A DNA stretch of 64,000 bases from Eledone cirrhosa (GCA_964016885.1 OZ024742.1:46500001-46564000), one strand, 5' to 3'; counted from the first letter of the stretch, positions 11,821 through 25,544 are shown. Notes: generated from the letters alone by a model not told the origin. A program made the numbers and translations.

Positions 11821-14800
11821 CCCTAGTTCGTCGTCAGACGAGGAGGAGCACTTCCACACAATCAAAAGAAAAAAAAGAAAACACACCTCAGACACACAAA
11901 TGAAAAAAAACCCTCCCCAAAACATAACACTGACACCAACACAAAAGAGCTCACAACAGCAAACAAAAAACACCACACAAAAACAAAAACATGCATACAC
12001 ATACATAAATACAAGAAACAAAAAACTCTTAAACATTGTGTACAACAACAATCTAATAAAAACACAAGGGCCTAACTTCACCCAGGCAGGGGATTTCCCC
12101 CACCTCAAAATGATTAAGGCCCCACAGGACACCTATAAAACTTTAAAAAACAATTTTAAAGAGGACGTGGGTCCCCCCTGCGTCGGGCCCATTAACCGCG
12201 TCCTCCTAAAAAACTATCCCACCCCCTCCCCAAACACCCTCACAACTCCAAGCTCCCCAACCACACAACACACTGATGCCCCCACACTTCCACAAACCAC
12301 CACCCCACCCAACAACCCATCCCCCACCCTAATGGAAATTGTGCAGCCCGATACCCGGGACGCAGAGAGGTAAGTGCCTTTTCTCTTCACCACCAACATG
12401 GCTATGCTAAGAGTAGGCTGTTTAAATGCGCGTGGCCTGGGCTCAACTTGGAAGCAAGCAATGCTTCTAAATGACCTCAGGTCACAACGTATAGATGTGA
12501 TGGTTATTTGCGAGGCCCGGATCAGCAACGTGCGACAGCTGGCCCCCACCTTTGATGACTTTGAGATGCACGCATCTCTCTGTCAGCCCGGGGGTGGGGG
12601 TGGAGTTGTCGTTCTGCTGCAAAAACATCTGGGTCTCGCAACACAGATGGTACATTTGGACCCGGAGGGTCGACTAGTGGTTCTGGACCTTGGCAGTGGT
12701 AAAGGCGGAGCGTTTAGGTTGGTAGCCGCCTACGGCCCTTTCGGGTCAATGCGGCCGGACTTCTTCCATCGTCTGGAGACTTTTCTATTGCTATTAGTGG
12801 GGGACTGGAATGGTATCCTAGATGCACGCTGGGACTACGTAGGGGCCTGCCCCGATAGAGAGGGGTGTAATAGCCTCAAAGGGTTAATCGGTCGATTTGA
12901 CCTGGCCGATAGATATCGACTAGATTTTCCGACTGCGCCAACCTGGACTTGGGCAAATCGTAGGGGATCATCTAGGTCGTACCTAGATAGGTTCTTAGTT
13001 AGAATTAAGGATAAGGACTTTTTAAGTTGTCCAAAAATGCGCATTGTTGGCTATTCAGACCACAAATTAGTGACCTGCATGGTCAACCTTGACAGAACTC
13101 ATAGACAGGGGCCCGGTTACTGGAAGCTCAACTTGTCCTTGCCGGCAAGTAGAGCCTACAGGAATCGGATTAGTACGTTAGTTAAGGAACGGTTGACTGG
13201 AGCGATCGTCAACAGCAGGTGGTGGGTATCTCTAAAGAGAGAGATTAGAGTAGTCTCGATAGAATTTAGTAAGGTTCTAGCTGCGGATAGGAATAGGAAG
13301 GAAAGGGAGCTAATAGATAGAGTAGAAGAGGCAATTAGAAGCGGCGACGTGGCCAGAGTGCTAGCGTCGAGAACGGCTTTGAGCCAGTTTTTCGACGCGA
13401 AGCACGAAGGCTGCGTTGTCCGAAGTAAAATACGTGCTCTAGGGAACGAGGGGACCAAAGCTGTTAGCTGGGCCCGCGTGACAGAGGCCAACAGTGGAAC
13501 TAAATCCACCATCCGGTCTTTGCGAGACCTGGATGGACGGGCGATTCTTGAGCCTAAGCAGATGTGTGAGGCCTTTCAAAGGCACTTTGCCCGACTGTTC
13601 GGGAGGGGCGGGGAGCCGGTTGGGAACGTGGACTCCGGTCCATACCTCGAAGGCCTGCCGCGCCTCTCGGACAGGGAGGCGAAGTCCTGCGAGGAGCCGA
13701 TTTCGGCCGCTGAGATAGAGGACGTGCTGAGCCAATGCGGCGAACGCAAATCCCCGGGTCTCGATGGTCTTCCTTACGAATTATATCTAGCTATGCCGGA
13801 CTTGTTCCCCGATCTCCTCGAGGCGGTCTACTGCAACTGGCAACAGAACGGGAGAATTCCCTGTACTGTGACCAAGGGCGTAGTCACGCTAGTGAGGAAG
13901 GACGAGAACAAGGGGGACGAAATAAGTAACTTCAGGCCCATAACACTGCTAAATACAGAGTTACAGATTTTGGCCAAGGTGCTAGCAAAGAGGTTGGCGC
14001 TTGTCGTGGGCAACCTGGTGGGAGATGCGCAGACATGCGCTATCCCGTCCAGGTCCATCCATGACAACCTCCACCTCATGCGATACATCATAGAGAGGGT
14101 TGGGAACGAACCCGGCTTTGGTGGGGCTCTGATCAACTTGGATCAATCTAAGGCGTTCGATAGGGTCGACCATGGTTACCTGGATGCGGTGCTAGCGGCG
14201 GCAGGCTTCGGACCCGTTTTCAGGGGCTGGATCACTGCTATGCACAGCAGCCGCATCTGCTCTAGGGTCAAGGTGAACGGCTACCTCTCGGAGCCGTTCA
14301 AAATCGCGCGGTCCATCCGACAAGGGTGCCCTCTCTCCTCCCTTCTGTATGTGTTGACTCTCGAGCCACTACTGCGGAAGTTGGAGTTGTTGCAGGGCAT
14401 CCCTTTGGAACCGGGATTGCGGAAAGCGGTGTCGGCCTACGCCGATGACGTGACAGTAATGGTGTCGACGGCCTCCGAAATCGAGGCGGTCGGCACCTTA
14501 CTGGAGGAGTACGAAAAGTTCACAGGGGCTAAGCTGAACCGGGACAAGTCGATCGGTTTGCAACTCGGCACGTGGAGGGGCAGACCGATGCCCTCCGATA
14601 GCGTCGTCGGACGCTGGACGGAGGGCCCGGTGAAGTTGCTCGGGGTCTGGTTCGGACCGGACCTCCAGGTGGAGAAAAACTGGGCGGAGGTTACGAACAG
14701 GGTGTTTGCACCGACCCAGAAGTGGGCCAGTTGCAAACTATCCCTGAAAGGTCGGGCGGAGGTGGCGAACACCTACATAGCGTCCGTCATCTACTACCGC

Positions 14801-16082
14801 CTGACCGTAGTGCCCTGCCCAAGGGAAACCCTCACCAAGATGGAGCGCGCGCTCTTCCAATTCCTTTGGAAGAGGCGGGCTCCTATGGTGAGGAGATCCA
14901 TCTGCTGTCAACACCCTTCGAAAGGAGGGCTGGGGATGCCGTGGCTAATGATGCGTAAACACGCATTAAGGCTACGGCACCTCTACGTATTCCTCACCGG
15001 ACAACCGGTGTGGGCCTCGTTTGTGAGACGAACCTTTCCCAAACTCGTCTCACTCACCGAGCTGCAATCCTGGGTCAAGCAAAGACCGAGAAAACTGGGC
15101 GCCTGGCACACTGAGTGTGCCCAGGCGCTCACCGCCCTCTGGCAGGCGGATCCGGTTATCAGTGGAGACTCCACCGCTACATTCTATAGAGGGCTGGTAC
15201 GCAGCAGGTGCGACGACGCCCTCGGAGAAGCCCTAGACATGGAGGAGGACGAACTGGCCAGCCTGTTCGGTAGGACATTCAGCCCGGGACCTATGGACAA
15301 CTTCCAGAAGTCCCTGGCCTGGCAGTGCTACCGAGGGGCTTTACCCGTTCGAGAAAGGCTCTACAGACACGGGCGCCCGGGTAGGGACCCCGCCAAAAAG
15401 ATCTGTCCCAGATGCGTGTGCGACGAGGAAACCGTTGCACACGCATTGGTACACTGCTCGGGCGTAGCCGATCTGTGGGGCTATGTCGAACAACTGCTGT
15501 CAAGGGTGGGACCGATCCGGTTGACCACCGAGTCTATTGTAATAATCAAGCCGCCTCCCCCTTCAAAGATGAAGCAGAGGCGGTGTTTCTGTGCGTAATA
15601 GCCATGGCGAAAGAGGTTGTATGGTGGACGCGTCTGAAAGGACTGAGGTCAGGCACCTTTCTCTCTGGCCAACAACTGGTCCGTTTCTTCCGATATCATT
15701 TCGGAAGAAGGATCAGGATGGAGAGAGAGGTGCTCCACCCCAGTCGTTTTTATGAAAGGTGGGTGAAAGTGGCGAGAATGGCCCGTGTGAATGGGCCTTC
15801 TCTTTACATAAGCCTGTAGGTGGAAAAGAGGAAGGAACGAGGGAGCACCCCACTCTCTGTGCTCCTGAGGAAAAGGGTTGCACACTTTTTTCGGGGGTGT
15901 GTGCGACCCCCCAAGGCGCCTCCTCTCTATTGAGGATTTTGTTATAAATTTTATTTTTTGTTATATCTTATTTTATTTTTATATTTTGTTATTGCCTCCT
16001 CCCTATTGAGGACGCCTTTTTGTGTAAACTCCCCCCTTTGTACTTGTCCCACTTTTGATGCCCTAGTGGCAAATAAAAGAAA
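11821..16082 (+). mobile_element. Tx1-like retrotransposon, copy 2 (3' part of ORF1 plus ORF2)
   Basis: 11821-11960 matches ORF1 of copy 3 (17530-17670); ORF2 follows; same 3' UTR as copy 1. Confidence 0.93.
12374..15819 (+). pseudogene. Tx1 ORF2: APE endonuclease + reverse transcriptase + zinc finger, with one frameshift near 15560
   Basis: EN motifs LNARGL, GDWN, SYLDR, SDH; then WKLN; RT motifs KSPGLDG, NFRPITLLN, LDQSKAFDRV, RQGCPLS, YADD; CCHC finger. One C is missing relative to copy 1 in the CCTCCCCC run. Confidence 0.92.
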
Positions 16083-16098
16083 CATACCTATCTACCTA

Positions 16099-19000
16099 CA
16101 GACACACGCGTGTAACTTGCTGAGTAAGCTTTGCTTAAATTTCTATAGAAATTCTTGACTGTAAACTTTAATTTTTGTACCATTTTGTAGAGGGACTGCC
16201 AGGTCAAACTTTGATCTGGTCAGTCTCTCAAAATATTCTACGCCTTTAGGCGACATAGTTACCAACAGATTTTTGAAAAGTTAACATTTTTTGTAAAATG
16301 GCTGAAGCTTCTTCACCAAAATTCGAAGGAGGAAAGGGGAAGATAAGCTTACAGCTTCCCCATGCCACTGTCACAGTAGCAGAGGTCAAAAACAAAGGTC
16401 AGCCAGAGAAAGGATTTTCTCCACCTGCTGACCAACAACTTGACGTTGCCATGACAACAAACCCAAGAACCAGCGGCACCAGCAACAACAACAACAATAA
16501 CAATGCTACAGACAAAAACAACACCAATAACAATAACAACAACAACAAGACCAATAACTGTGATAACAACAACAATAATAAAAACAACACCACCAACTAC
16601 AACAGCAACACAAACAAGGAAAAGTCTCCTTCACCCAGACGGCAAGGAAAACCCTCGACTATCTGCCAGTAGATATAACCAAAGCGAATGAGCTACTGGC
16701 AGATGCCAAAAAATATATAGCGTACGGGGAAAATGGTGCATTTACGACCCCCCCCCCCCGGAACTAAAAAGCCAGAGACTCCTAAACACTGTCATGTTTA
16801 GGACAATCTCAAATAAAAGCAAAAAACCAGCTCAACCATCACAGAGTGAGATAGAGCTGGTTTTAAAAGACGTCATGAAGGACATCACCTTCATTCAGAA
16901 GGATAGACTCTACTGGAGTCTATCCATTCTCATGAAGGGCAGGCACACAGCAGTGAAGCTGTCCATCAAACCAATCACATCCACCGCATACACCTTCTAC
17001 CCTACGTACATGGGTAGAAGGACACAAAAAATAAAAATTCACACCATCCTGCCGATTATGGACATATGGTGGGTTTTGACAGGTTTCCTGAACCTGGATG
17101 ATGACACGCTGGTGTCCATGGGAAAGGCATCGGGTGACGCGTTCAGTGGAACGAGCCTCGAACTTGTAGTTCAAATGAGGCGCGAAAGGATCGCCCAGAT
17201 CCCTGAACGCGTCATACTGGATGATCAAACTTTCATCAACATTACCGTTGAGGGTAGGCGGCCCTCGTGTTACCTCTGTGGAACCAGAGGTCACCTGAGG
17301 GCTGTCTGTCCCCAACTTAATAAGAAAACCCCAATCCTGCCTACACCACCAACAACTGCACAACCAACACAATCACCACAACTACCACTACAAAAACAAC
17401 AACCACAGCTCAAACCAAAACAAAACAATGTCCAACCCATCCCCCCACTAAAAAAAAAACAATTTCCAAAACACCCGCACCGCAAACACAACCCGAAAAT
17501 ATACCCCTCCCCTCCAACGCGGAAGATGACCCTAGTTCGTCGTCAGACGAGGAGTAGCACCTCCACACAATCAAAAGAAAAAAAAGAAAACACACCTCAG
17601 ACACACAAATGAAAACAACCCCTCCCCAAAACATAACACTGACACCAACACAAACGAGCTCACAACAACAGCACTTGACGGGGGCCATTGTCAACAACAG
17701 ATGGTGGTACTCTCTCAAGAGGGCAGTTAGATTAGACTCGATAGGTTTTAGTAAAGAATTAGTGTTAGATAGAAATAAGTCCGAAAAGCAACTGGTAGAT
17801 AAAGTAGAAGAGGCACTTAGGAGTGGCAACGTAGCCAGCGTGCTAGCGACGAGAACGGCCTTGGACCAGTTCTTCGACGCAAAGCATGAAGGCTGCGTTG
17901 TCAGAAGCAAAATGCGTGCTCTGGGAAACGAGGGAGCCAAAGCTGTTAGCTGGGCCCGAGTGACGGAGGCGAAAAGTGGCTGGCAACAAGTACACGATTC
18001 GGTCTTTGAAGGACCGAGACGGACGCGTGATACGTGAGCCGAAGCAAATGTGCGCGGCCTTTCAGCGACACTTTGCTCAACTGTTCGGGTAGGGCGACGC
18101 GCCGGGAGGGGCGATAGATTTCGGTTCATACCTCGACGGCCTACCGCGACTCTCGGACAGCGAGGCGAAGTTCTGCGAAAAGCCGATTTCGGCCGCTGAG
18201 ACGGGACGCACTGAGCCAATGCGGCAAACGCAAATCTCCAGGTATCGACGGTCTACCCTACGAATTTTACGTAGCAATGCCGGACTTGTTCTCCGGTCTC
18301 CTGGAAGCGGTCTTCTGCAACTGGCAGCAGAACGGGAGAATTCCCAGTTCTGTGATCAAGGGAGTAATCACGTTAGTCAGGAAGGACGAGAACAAGGGGG
18401 ATGACATAGGCAAGTTCTAGCCCATAACTCTGCTCAACACAGAGTTACAGATTTTGGCCAAGGTGTTGGCAAAGAGGCTAGCGCCTGTCGTCGAAAACCT
18501 GGTGGGAGAGCGCAGACATGCGCAATCCCGACCAGGTCCATACACGACAACCTCCACTTCATGCGATACACCATAGAGAGGGTAGGGTGTAAACCCGGCT
18601 TCGGTGGGGCCCTGATCAACTTGGATCAGTCTAAGGCTTTCGATAGGGTTGACTATCGATAGGGTTGACCATCCGATTTCTGCAATGCACAGCAGCAAAA
18701 TCTGCTCAAGGGTTAAGGTGAACGAACGGCTACCTCTCGGAGCCGTTCCATATCACGCGATCCATCCTACAGGGATGCCCTCTCTCCTCCCTTCTGTACG
18801 TACTGACTCTCGAGCCACTACTGCGGAAGTTGGAGCTATTGCAGGGCATCCCTTTGGAACCGGGACTGCGAAATGCGGCGTGACAGTAATGGTGTCGAGC
18901 ACCTCGCAAATCGGGGAGGTCGGCACCTTACTGGAGGAATACGAAAGGTTCACAGGAGCGAAGCTGAACCGGGACAAATCCGTCGGTTTGTAACTCTCAA

Positions 19001-20489
19001 CGTGGAGAGGCAAACCGATGCCTTCCGATGACGTCATCAGATGCTGGACGGAAGGACCGGTAAAGCTGCTCGGGGTCTGGTTTGGTCCAGACCTCCAGGT
19101 GGAGAAGAACTGGAACGAGGTGACGGCCAAGGTGTTTGCGCTCACCCAGAAGTGGGCCGAGTGAAAACTATCCTTGAAAGGTCGAGCGGAGGTGGCGAAC
19201 ACTTTTATAGCGTCCATCATCTACTACCGCTTGACCGTCATGCCTTGTCCAGCCAAAACGCTCACCAAAATGGAGCGCGCGCTCTTCCAATTCCTTTGGA
19301 AGAAACGGGCTCCTTTGGTGAGAAGATCCATCCGCTGCCAACACCCTTCAAACTGGGGATGCCGTGGCTGGCGATGCGCAAACACACGCTCAGGCTGCAG
19401 CACCTCCACGTATTGCTCACCCGACAACCGGTGTGGGCCCCGTTCGTGAGGCGAACCTTCCCACGACTCGTCTCGCTGACCGAGCTGCAGTCCTGGGCCA
19501 AGCAAAGACCGAGGAAAATAGGCGACTGGCACAGCGAATGTGCTCAGGTGCTCACAGTCCTCTGGCAAACGGACCCGGCGATCAGTGGAGCCTCCACTTC
19601 GACATTCTATAGAGGGTTGGTCCGCAGCAAGTGCGACGGCACGCTCGGAGAAACTCTAGGCGTAGAGGAGGACGAACTGGTCAGTCTGTTCAGTAGGACC
19701 TTCCGCCCGGGACCAATGGACAACTTCCAAAAGTCCCTGGCCTGGCACTGCTACCCAGGAGCTCTACTAGTTCGAGACAAGCTCTACAGACACGGGCGCC
19801 CGGGTAGGGACCCTTCGAAAAAGATCTGTCCGAGATACGTGCGCGACAAGGAACCCGTCGTGCACGCATTTGTTCCGCATTTGCACGCGTTACCGACCTG
19901 TGGGGTTATGTAGAACGACTATTGTCGCGGGTGGGACCAATCCAGTTGGGACCAATCCAGTTGACCACCGAGTCCATTGTCATGATCAAACCGCCACCCT
20001 CCTTCAAAAACGAGGGGGAGGCGGTTTTTCTATGTGTTATGGTTATGGTGAAAGAGGTTATATGGTGGACGAGGTTAAAAGGGCTGAGGTCAGACACCTT
20101 TCTCTCCGGCGAGCAACTGATTCGTTTTTTCAAATATTATTTTGGAAGAAGAATCATGATGGAGAGAGAGGTGCTGTACCCCAGCAAATTTTATAAAAGG
20201 TGGGTGAATGTGGAAAAGATGGCCCGAGTGGTTGGGCCTTCTCTCTATATAAGCCTGTAGGTGGAGGAAAATGAGAAGAGAGGAAGGGAGTACTCACTCT
20301 TGGTGCTCCTGGAGATGAGGGTTGTACACTTTTTCGGGGTGAGTACAACCCGTGTAACACCTCCCCCTATTGGGGATAACAATTGTTATTTGTTATTTTA
20401 TTAATAGTTTTATTTTCATATACCTGTATGTATACTCCCCATTTGTATTTGTCCCCTTCTTTTGTGCCCTTGTGGCTAATAAAGAAATT
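16099..20489 (+). mobile_element. Tx1-like retrotransposon, copy 3: 5' UTR + ORF1 joined to a decayed ORF2 lacking the endonuclease
   Basis: ORF1 from ATG 16298 with zinc knuckle CYLCGTRGHLRAVC; jumps at about 17672 to LTGAIVNNRWW; many frameshifts; ends AATAAAGAAA before (CCTA)n. Confidence 0.9.
16298..17672 (+). pseudogene. Tx1 ORF1 (gag-like, CCHC knuckle), disrupted and truncated
   Basis: ORF pieces 16298-16672 and 16794-17612; CX2CX4HX4C motif; Asn- and Pro/Gln-rich linkers. Confidence 0.8.
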
Positions 20490-20622
20490 TACCTACCTAC
20501 CTATCTACCTGCTTACCTACATACATACCTACCTACCTACCTACCTACCTACCTACCTACCTACCTACCTACCTACCTACCTACCTACCTACCTACCTGT
20601 CTGCCTACCCTACCTACATACA
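20490..20622. repeat. (CCTA)n microsatellite, right half of the tract split by the Tx1 copies
   Basis: Same unit and strand as 8861-10023; a remnant continues at 20912-20940. Confidence 0.95.
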
Positions 20623-20624
20623 TG

Positions 20625-20911
20625 CATGATGGCTGCAACTCGGTTTTGAGTAATGCCATCGCTTGATACTTAAGCGTGGCTTTTTAGTCCTGCTAGGGAC
20701 TTGCCCGTGGCAAGCAATACCATGCATCGCAAAAAATGTCACATATCAAGCGGTGCCTGTGCTTGAAGCTTTTTTAAGTGAGGAAAGGCTGTGTACGAGG
20801 CCAATCCCACTCTCTGAACTTCGAATGCATCATTTGCCCAAAAAGAAGACCTGGTCTACATCATTGGATGTAAACAAAGTCGCAGGTTATATATCAGAGT
20901 GACCTTCTCCT
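20625..20911 (-). mobile_element. RTE-like non-autonomous element, truncated and diverged
   Basis: Shares ATGATGGCTGC, GCCTGTGC.TGAAG, TCCCACTCT and CCTTCTCCTA blocks with 36261, 34226, 51965 and 57154. Confidence 0.7.
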
Positions 20912-20956
20912 ATTTACCTACCTGCCGACTTACCTATCTCTTTTTCTTTTTCTATG

Positions 20957-20989
<33 letters not shown>

Positions 20990-21039
20990 CAGGTGTGTGT
21001 GTGTGTGTGTATGTGTATGTGAAAAGTAAACGGAAAACA

Positions 21040-21170
21040 ACGAAGCAAACAAGACAGTATAATATATATATTAGTTTAACACTTGATATAGTAGGAAAAG
21101 AATCTTAACGTTTTGGACGCTACTACTTCATCAGAAAAAAAAATGAGAAATAAAAAGAATAAATAGAAAG
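21040..21170 (-). mobile_element. PLE-type terminal-repeat remnant with degenerate hammerhead core
   Basis: Minus strand CTGATGA-AGTAGTAGCGTCC-AAAACGTT; homologous to 55230-55360. Confidence 0.55.
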
Positions 21171-22205
21171 ATAAAGGAAAGTCAGAAGAGGAAGAAACGG
21201 AAAGAATATTTGAAGGAAAAGCAGTCGTGTGTTCAGTGTGTGTGTATATAAGAATCAGCAAAACAATAGCCACGACAATATTAAGTGAAAGACAGTATTA
21301 GTAAGATATGGAACCTACTGATTACCAGCGACGACTTTAAGATGCATCAAGTCAATAACTTTTGTCGAATGAAATCATTTACTAAATCCTGTACAATCGG
21401 TACTGTAACTAGTCATTAGTGGGAGATCAATGTCGATTGAACAAGCAAAAAAAAAAAAAAAAAAGCAAAAAGAAAGAATCGCCAAAACAACTGATCTAAG
21501 TAGGAAGTGCGACGAAAACCTTGTGTATCGGTGTTCTGCTTGAATCAATATCGATAAACAACTAACGGTGCGGTAACTAGGCGAGCTAAAGATGAGACAT
21601 AAATGACGACGAAAACAATATGTGATTAGTCCGTCCTAATGAATCACGTTCAGAGGTGGCCAAACCATTGAACTTTGAAGGTTCAAACGTTCTAATAAAG
21701 TAAAATATTCATTCATTGAAGTGTCCATAAAAATAGGAATAGTATTAGAAAATTTATAATTCGGATTGTCCAAGAAATCAAGTAAGTCTCATCTAACGGC
21801 AGATCAAACGGATGTGAACGAGTAAATCAGTTTGAAACGAACATTGAATCTCATGTACATGATGAAACAAATCTATTATCAAACAGAAGACAAGCTTAAT
21901 CATGTTAATGTTAGTTTAGTTTTTAATTTTACTTCTGACTTGTTTTTATTTGTTCATACAACTTCATTACTATTTTACTTAGGACTTTACTTCAGGCTTG
22001 TCTGTCGCCTTGCACATTAGAATATCTAGGTAGTTTAAACAGACATTTATAAAACAGTACTTTTCTTTTTTCCTTTCCATCCTCTTTCTTTCTTTCCGTC
22101 TTGTTTTCTGTTTGAAGAATCTTAGTTTGGCTATGGCTTCATATTTTGTTGTTGTTTGGATCTGTTGTGGTAGCCAGCGGTGTTAACAATTAAAACTAAC
22201 TAATG

Positions 22206-22542
22206 CAGAGGTTCTCAAACCCTTTGTGCTCCCATCCCGCCTCACGGCCACGTAATACCTTCACTGGTTCCACCCCGATTTTCTAAAAGACCTGACTACA
22301 CGAAAATTGCAAATAATATGTAATAAATAAAATCGTCCTTTTATATATACTATGTATAAATAAATATATATTTTTTAATTTACTATATTTATATATAATA
22401 TGTATCATTTTATTTTTAGTATACTATTATATCATATCTACCGCCACCCACCACCAACTTAGGCTCCAGCGCTCCCCTGGACCTTCTCAATGTCCCCCGG
22501 GAGGTGGGGTGGTTGGTGGTTGGCCCACTTTGAGAACCACTA
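22206..22542. mobile_element. hAT/Charlie-type MITE
   Basis: TIRs CAGAGGTTCTCAAA / TTTGAGAACCACTA; 8-bp flanks AACTAATG and ATCTAGTG match at 6 of 8 positions. Confidence 0.75.
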
Positions 22543-23398
22543 ATCTAGTGGCTGTTTTTTCCCTCTGTTACGTTCTGCGGATCCATGGGGCAAGTCTTAA
22601 CATTTTCGCTAAAAAACAAAGATGCGTATGTATATGTAAGATACCATGTTTTCTCAGAAGTGCCGATTATTCAAAGTCACCTCTTTGCAAAAGAAGATTC
22701 AATATATATATATATAGTAATAATAATAAATTTGAAGACTAAAATCCAAAGAGGGCTCGATAAGGATAAATATATATCAAATATATAAGAACCGTAGAGC
22801 ATATATTTATCAAAACTTTATCAAGCGATGCCTGTGCTTGATAAACTTTAATCTGTTATTTTAATAAATATATATATATCTTTATCTCAAATTAGAATTC
22901 ACCGCTTAGGCGGGGTTACCTCCCTTGGAGTAAACCACGTGTCTGTGGCGACATTTAAAGCTACAACGAAAGACGTGCTGAAGAAGTAAATCCTATGTTT
23001 TGTCGTCAAAAACCATTATATTGCAGACTCCTGCAATAGGAATTTGTCGATCTTGGATTTGCAGAAACTTAGCGCTGATGTTGGATGGTATATGTGATGT
23101 ATATTGTTATACGATGTAAGTTATATATTTTGCACTCAGCCTCACCGCTATGTCCGGGTCAGTATAAAATCTTTTCCTGGGTCCTGTATTTTCGTTGCTC
23201 TAGTGATGCGGTTGGACTGCCGACCGCTATATCTGATTTGCTAAGCTGGCTGAACGTAATGTTATTACTCTGGGGTCTTTCCTCATCTGAGTGCTCAAGC
23301 TACAGACCGATTATGCATATACGCTAGCTTGGCCGTATTCTAAAGCTTCGTCAATGCTGTACTAAAATGTTTATATATATATATATATATAAAGTATT

Positions 23399-23445
<47 letters not shown>

Positions 23446-24295
23446 CTCGGATCTATTCATTGGAATCTTTGAGCTTATTCTACGGTGGATATCGCGCATG
23501 TCTCGGACATGACTCCTTTAATTTAATTTAATTAAATTAAATTAATTTTGGATATATACACGGCTCCTTAATTGTAGAGCTAACTCAGTTGAAAGGACTC
23601 GGCTGCTATTTATAGCTGAGTGATCACCCTATTCACGCCACTAGGATGACGCTAGCATGTTGTTAGTAGTTTTAGAATTGCAACACGTGCGATGGGTCAC
23701 TCGCAGATTTGCATTTGATGTGTTAATAGTTAATTAACACCCGGCTTTGAGTACTGTGACTTTACGGATTAATGGTGAAATATATTTCCTTAATGAAATA
23801 TATACAAGGAAGATTAATAATTTTTTAAAAATTTATATTTGAAGCTCTAGTTAAACTTTAATTAGTTACCTACCTAGCTATGTGTGATTACACACTTTAC
23901 AAATTATCCCCTGTGATTGTTTCATGTGTTTATTTAATATATATATATATATATATGTAAATCAATTTCTAGTTGATATATATATATATATACCAACATT
24001 ACTTCTACTACTATGACTACCTCTCTCTCTCTATATATATAAGGCTCCATTTTTGAACCAGTCTTCACAAGAAAGATGAACAGACCTTTTCAACATTTTT
24101 TAAATGCTTTTTTATTCTTTTTAATTGTAATATTCAACATTTGACAAGATGGTACATCGAAACCGGTTTTATTTTATATACATTATAAAACTCCCTTTTT
24201 AAAAAGAATTGTTCCTCTCATATTTCCAATAATGTCACTTCGACGAATCAAAGAAAAAACCCCCAAAAAACCGTGCTATTTCCAATTCCCCCTCG

Positions 24296-24362
<67 letters not shown>

Positions 24363-24376
24363 TCTCTCCCTCCCTC

Positions 24377-24408
<32 letters not shown>

Positions 24409-24460
24409 GATATACATATATATCTATATCTATATCTATATCTATATCTATCTATCTATA

Positions 24461-24494
<34 letters not shown>

Positions 24495-24502
<8 letters not shown>

Positions 24503-24862
24503 ATATTTGGCGAGGGTCATACTGTTATAATATTGTCAGAAATAATAATAGAACACACTCACTGTTTGGTTTCGGTTGGTTTTCACTTCTGTATCTTTTA
24601 TATCTCCATAGTTAATTTATCTGGCAATCAATGTTTATCATCGATTGACCAACGGTTAAAAATACAGATATAAATATATATATATTGTCTATCAAAGTTC
24701 CTAAGGGAAATATAAATAAATAAACAAATAAAATAAAAATGGCGTATGCATTACAATACAACGGGAGGAAACATAATAGTACCACTGATGATGTCACAGA
24801 TGTGTGACGAAAGAACTTTGATATTTGTTTCAACACACGATTTCATATAAAAAACCTTGAAA

Positions 24863-24865
<3 letters not shown>
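24495..24865. mobile_element. Hammerhead-bearing mini-element (family D), inverted arrangement with internal deletion
   Basis: Homologous to 47137-47830; CTGATGA at 24785, stem GTCACA/TGTGAC, GAAA at 24809; (TA)n on both sides. Confidence 0.8.
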
Positions 24866-24921
<56 letters not shown>

Positions 24922-25034
24922 TGTGTCTGTGTATATATGAAAAAGAAGTTGGAATGACGTTAACTGTAACAAAAGCCAATCAACATAAACAATAGCTTTT
25001 AGAAAATCTTATCACCCTAAATATAACGAGATTT

Positions 25035-25120
25035 GGAGTCAGTCGTTCCTTAGCGCAATGACTAACGCGCTCGATCAGTATTCAAAAGATAAGGAGTTCG
25101 TTTCTCGCTCGATAGGTAGC
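25035..25120 (+). other. tRNA-like Pol III head (probable SINE relic)
   Basis: A-box-like TAGCGCAATGA and B-box-like GAGTTCG; no convincing cloverleaf. Confidence 0.35.
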
Positions 25121-25247
25121 GGCTGTTGGCTACTGTTTTAACGTCCCTCGCGTGTATTTTTATTTATATCGAAAGTTGTTACCGTTAATTACTACGTTTT
25201 GGCGTTTCCACCTTTACAAATTTCATATTACGTAAGCGCTTTATATA

Positions 25248-25330
<83 letters not shown>

Positions 25331-25331
<1 letters not shown>

Positions 25332-25541
25332 ACGATGGAAATGTGGTAAGGAACCAGGTGGACCATAACGCACCAAAGTACTCAATACTTGGGGTAGTAG
25401 AGTGGGTAATAGGAACCAGTAAGACCCCGACGGCTGAGCTCAAGCCGTTTCGACGGCTAATTCTGGACTAAATGAAAATTTTCATTTAGTCCAGAATTAG
25501 CCGTCGAAACGGCTTGAGCTCAGCCGTCGGGGTCTTACTGG

Positions 25542-25544
<3 letters not shown>
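25331..25544. mobile_element. (TA)n-flanked mini-element (family E) ending in a perfect 132-bp palindrome (25413-25544)
   Basis: Arms mirror about GAAAA|TTTTC; second copy at 34037-34170. Confidence 0.85.

Noticed and set aside
25035-25120. Functional tRNA gene
   Set aside because: Only loose A/B boxes; acceptor and anticodon stems do not form.
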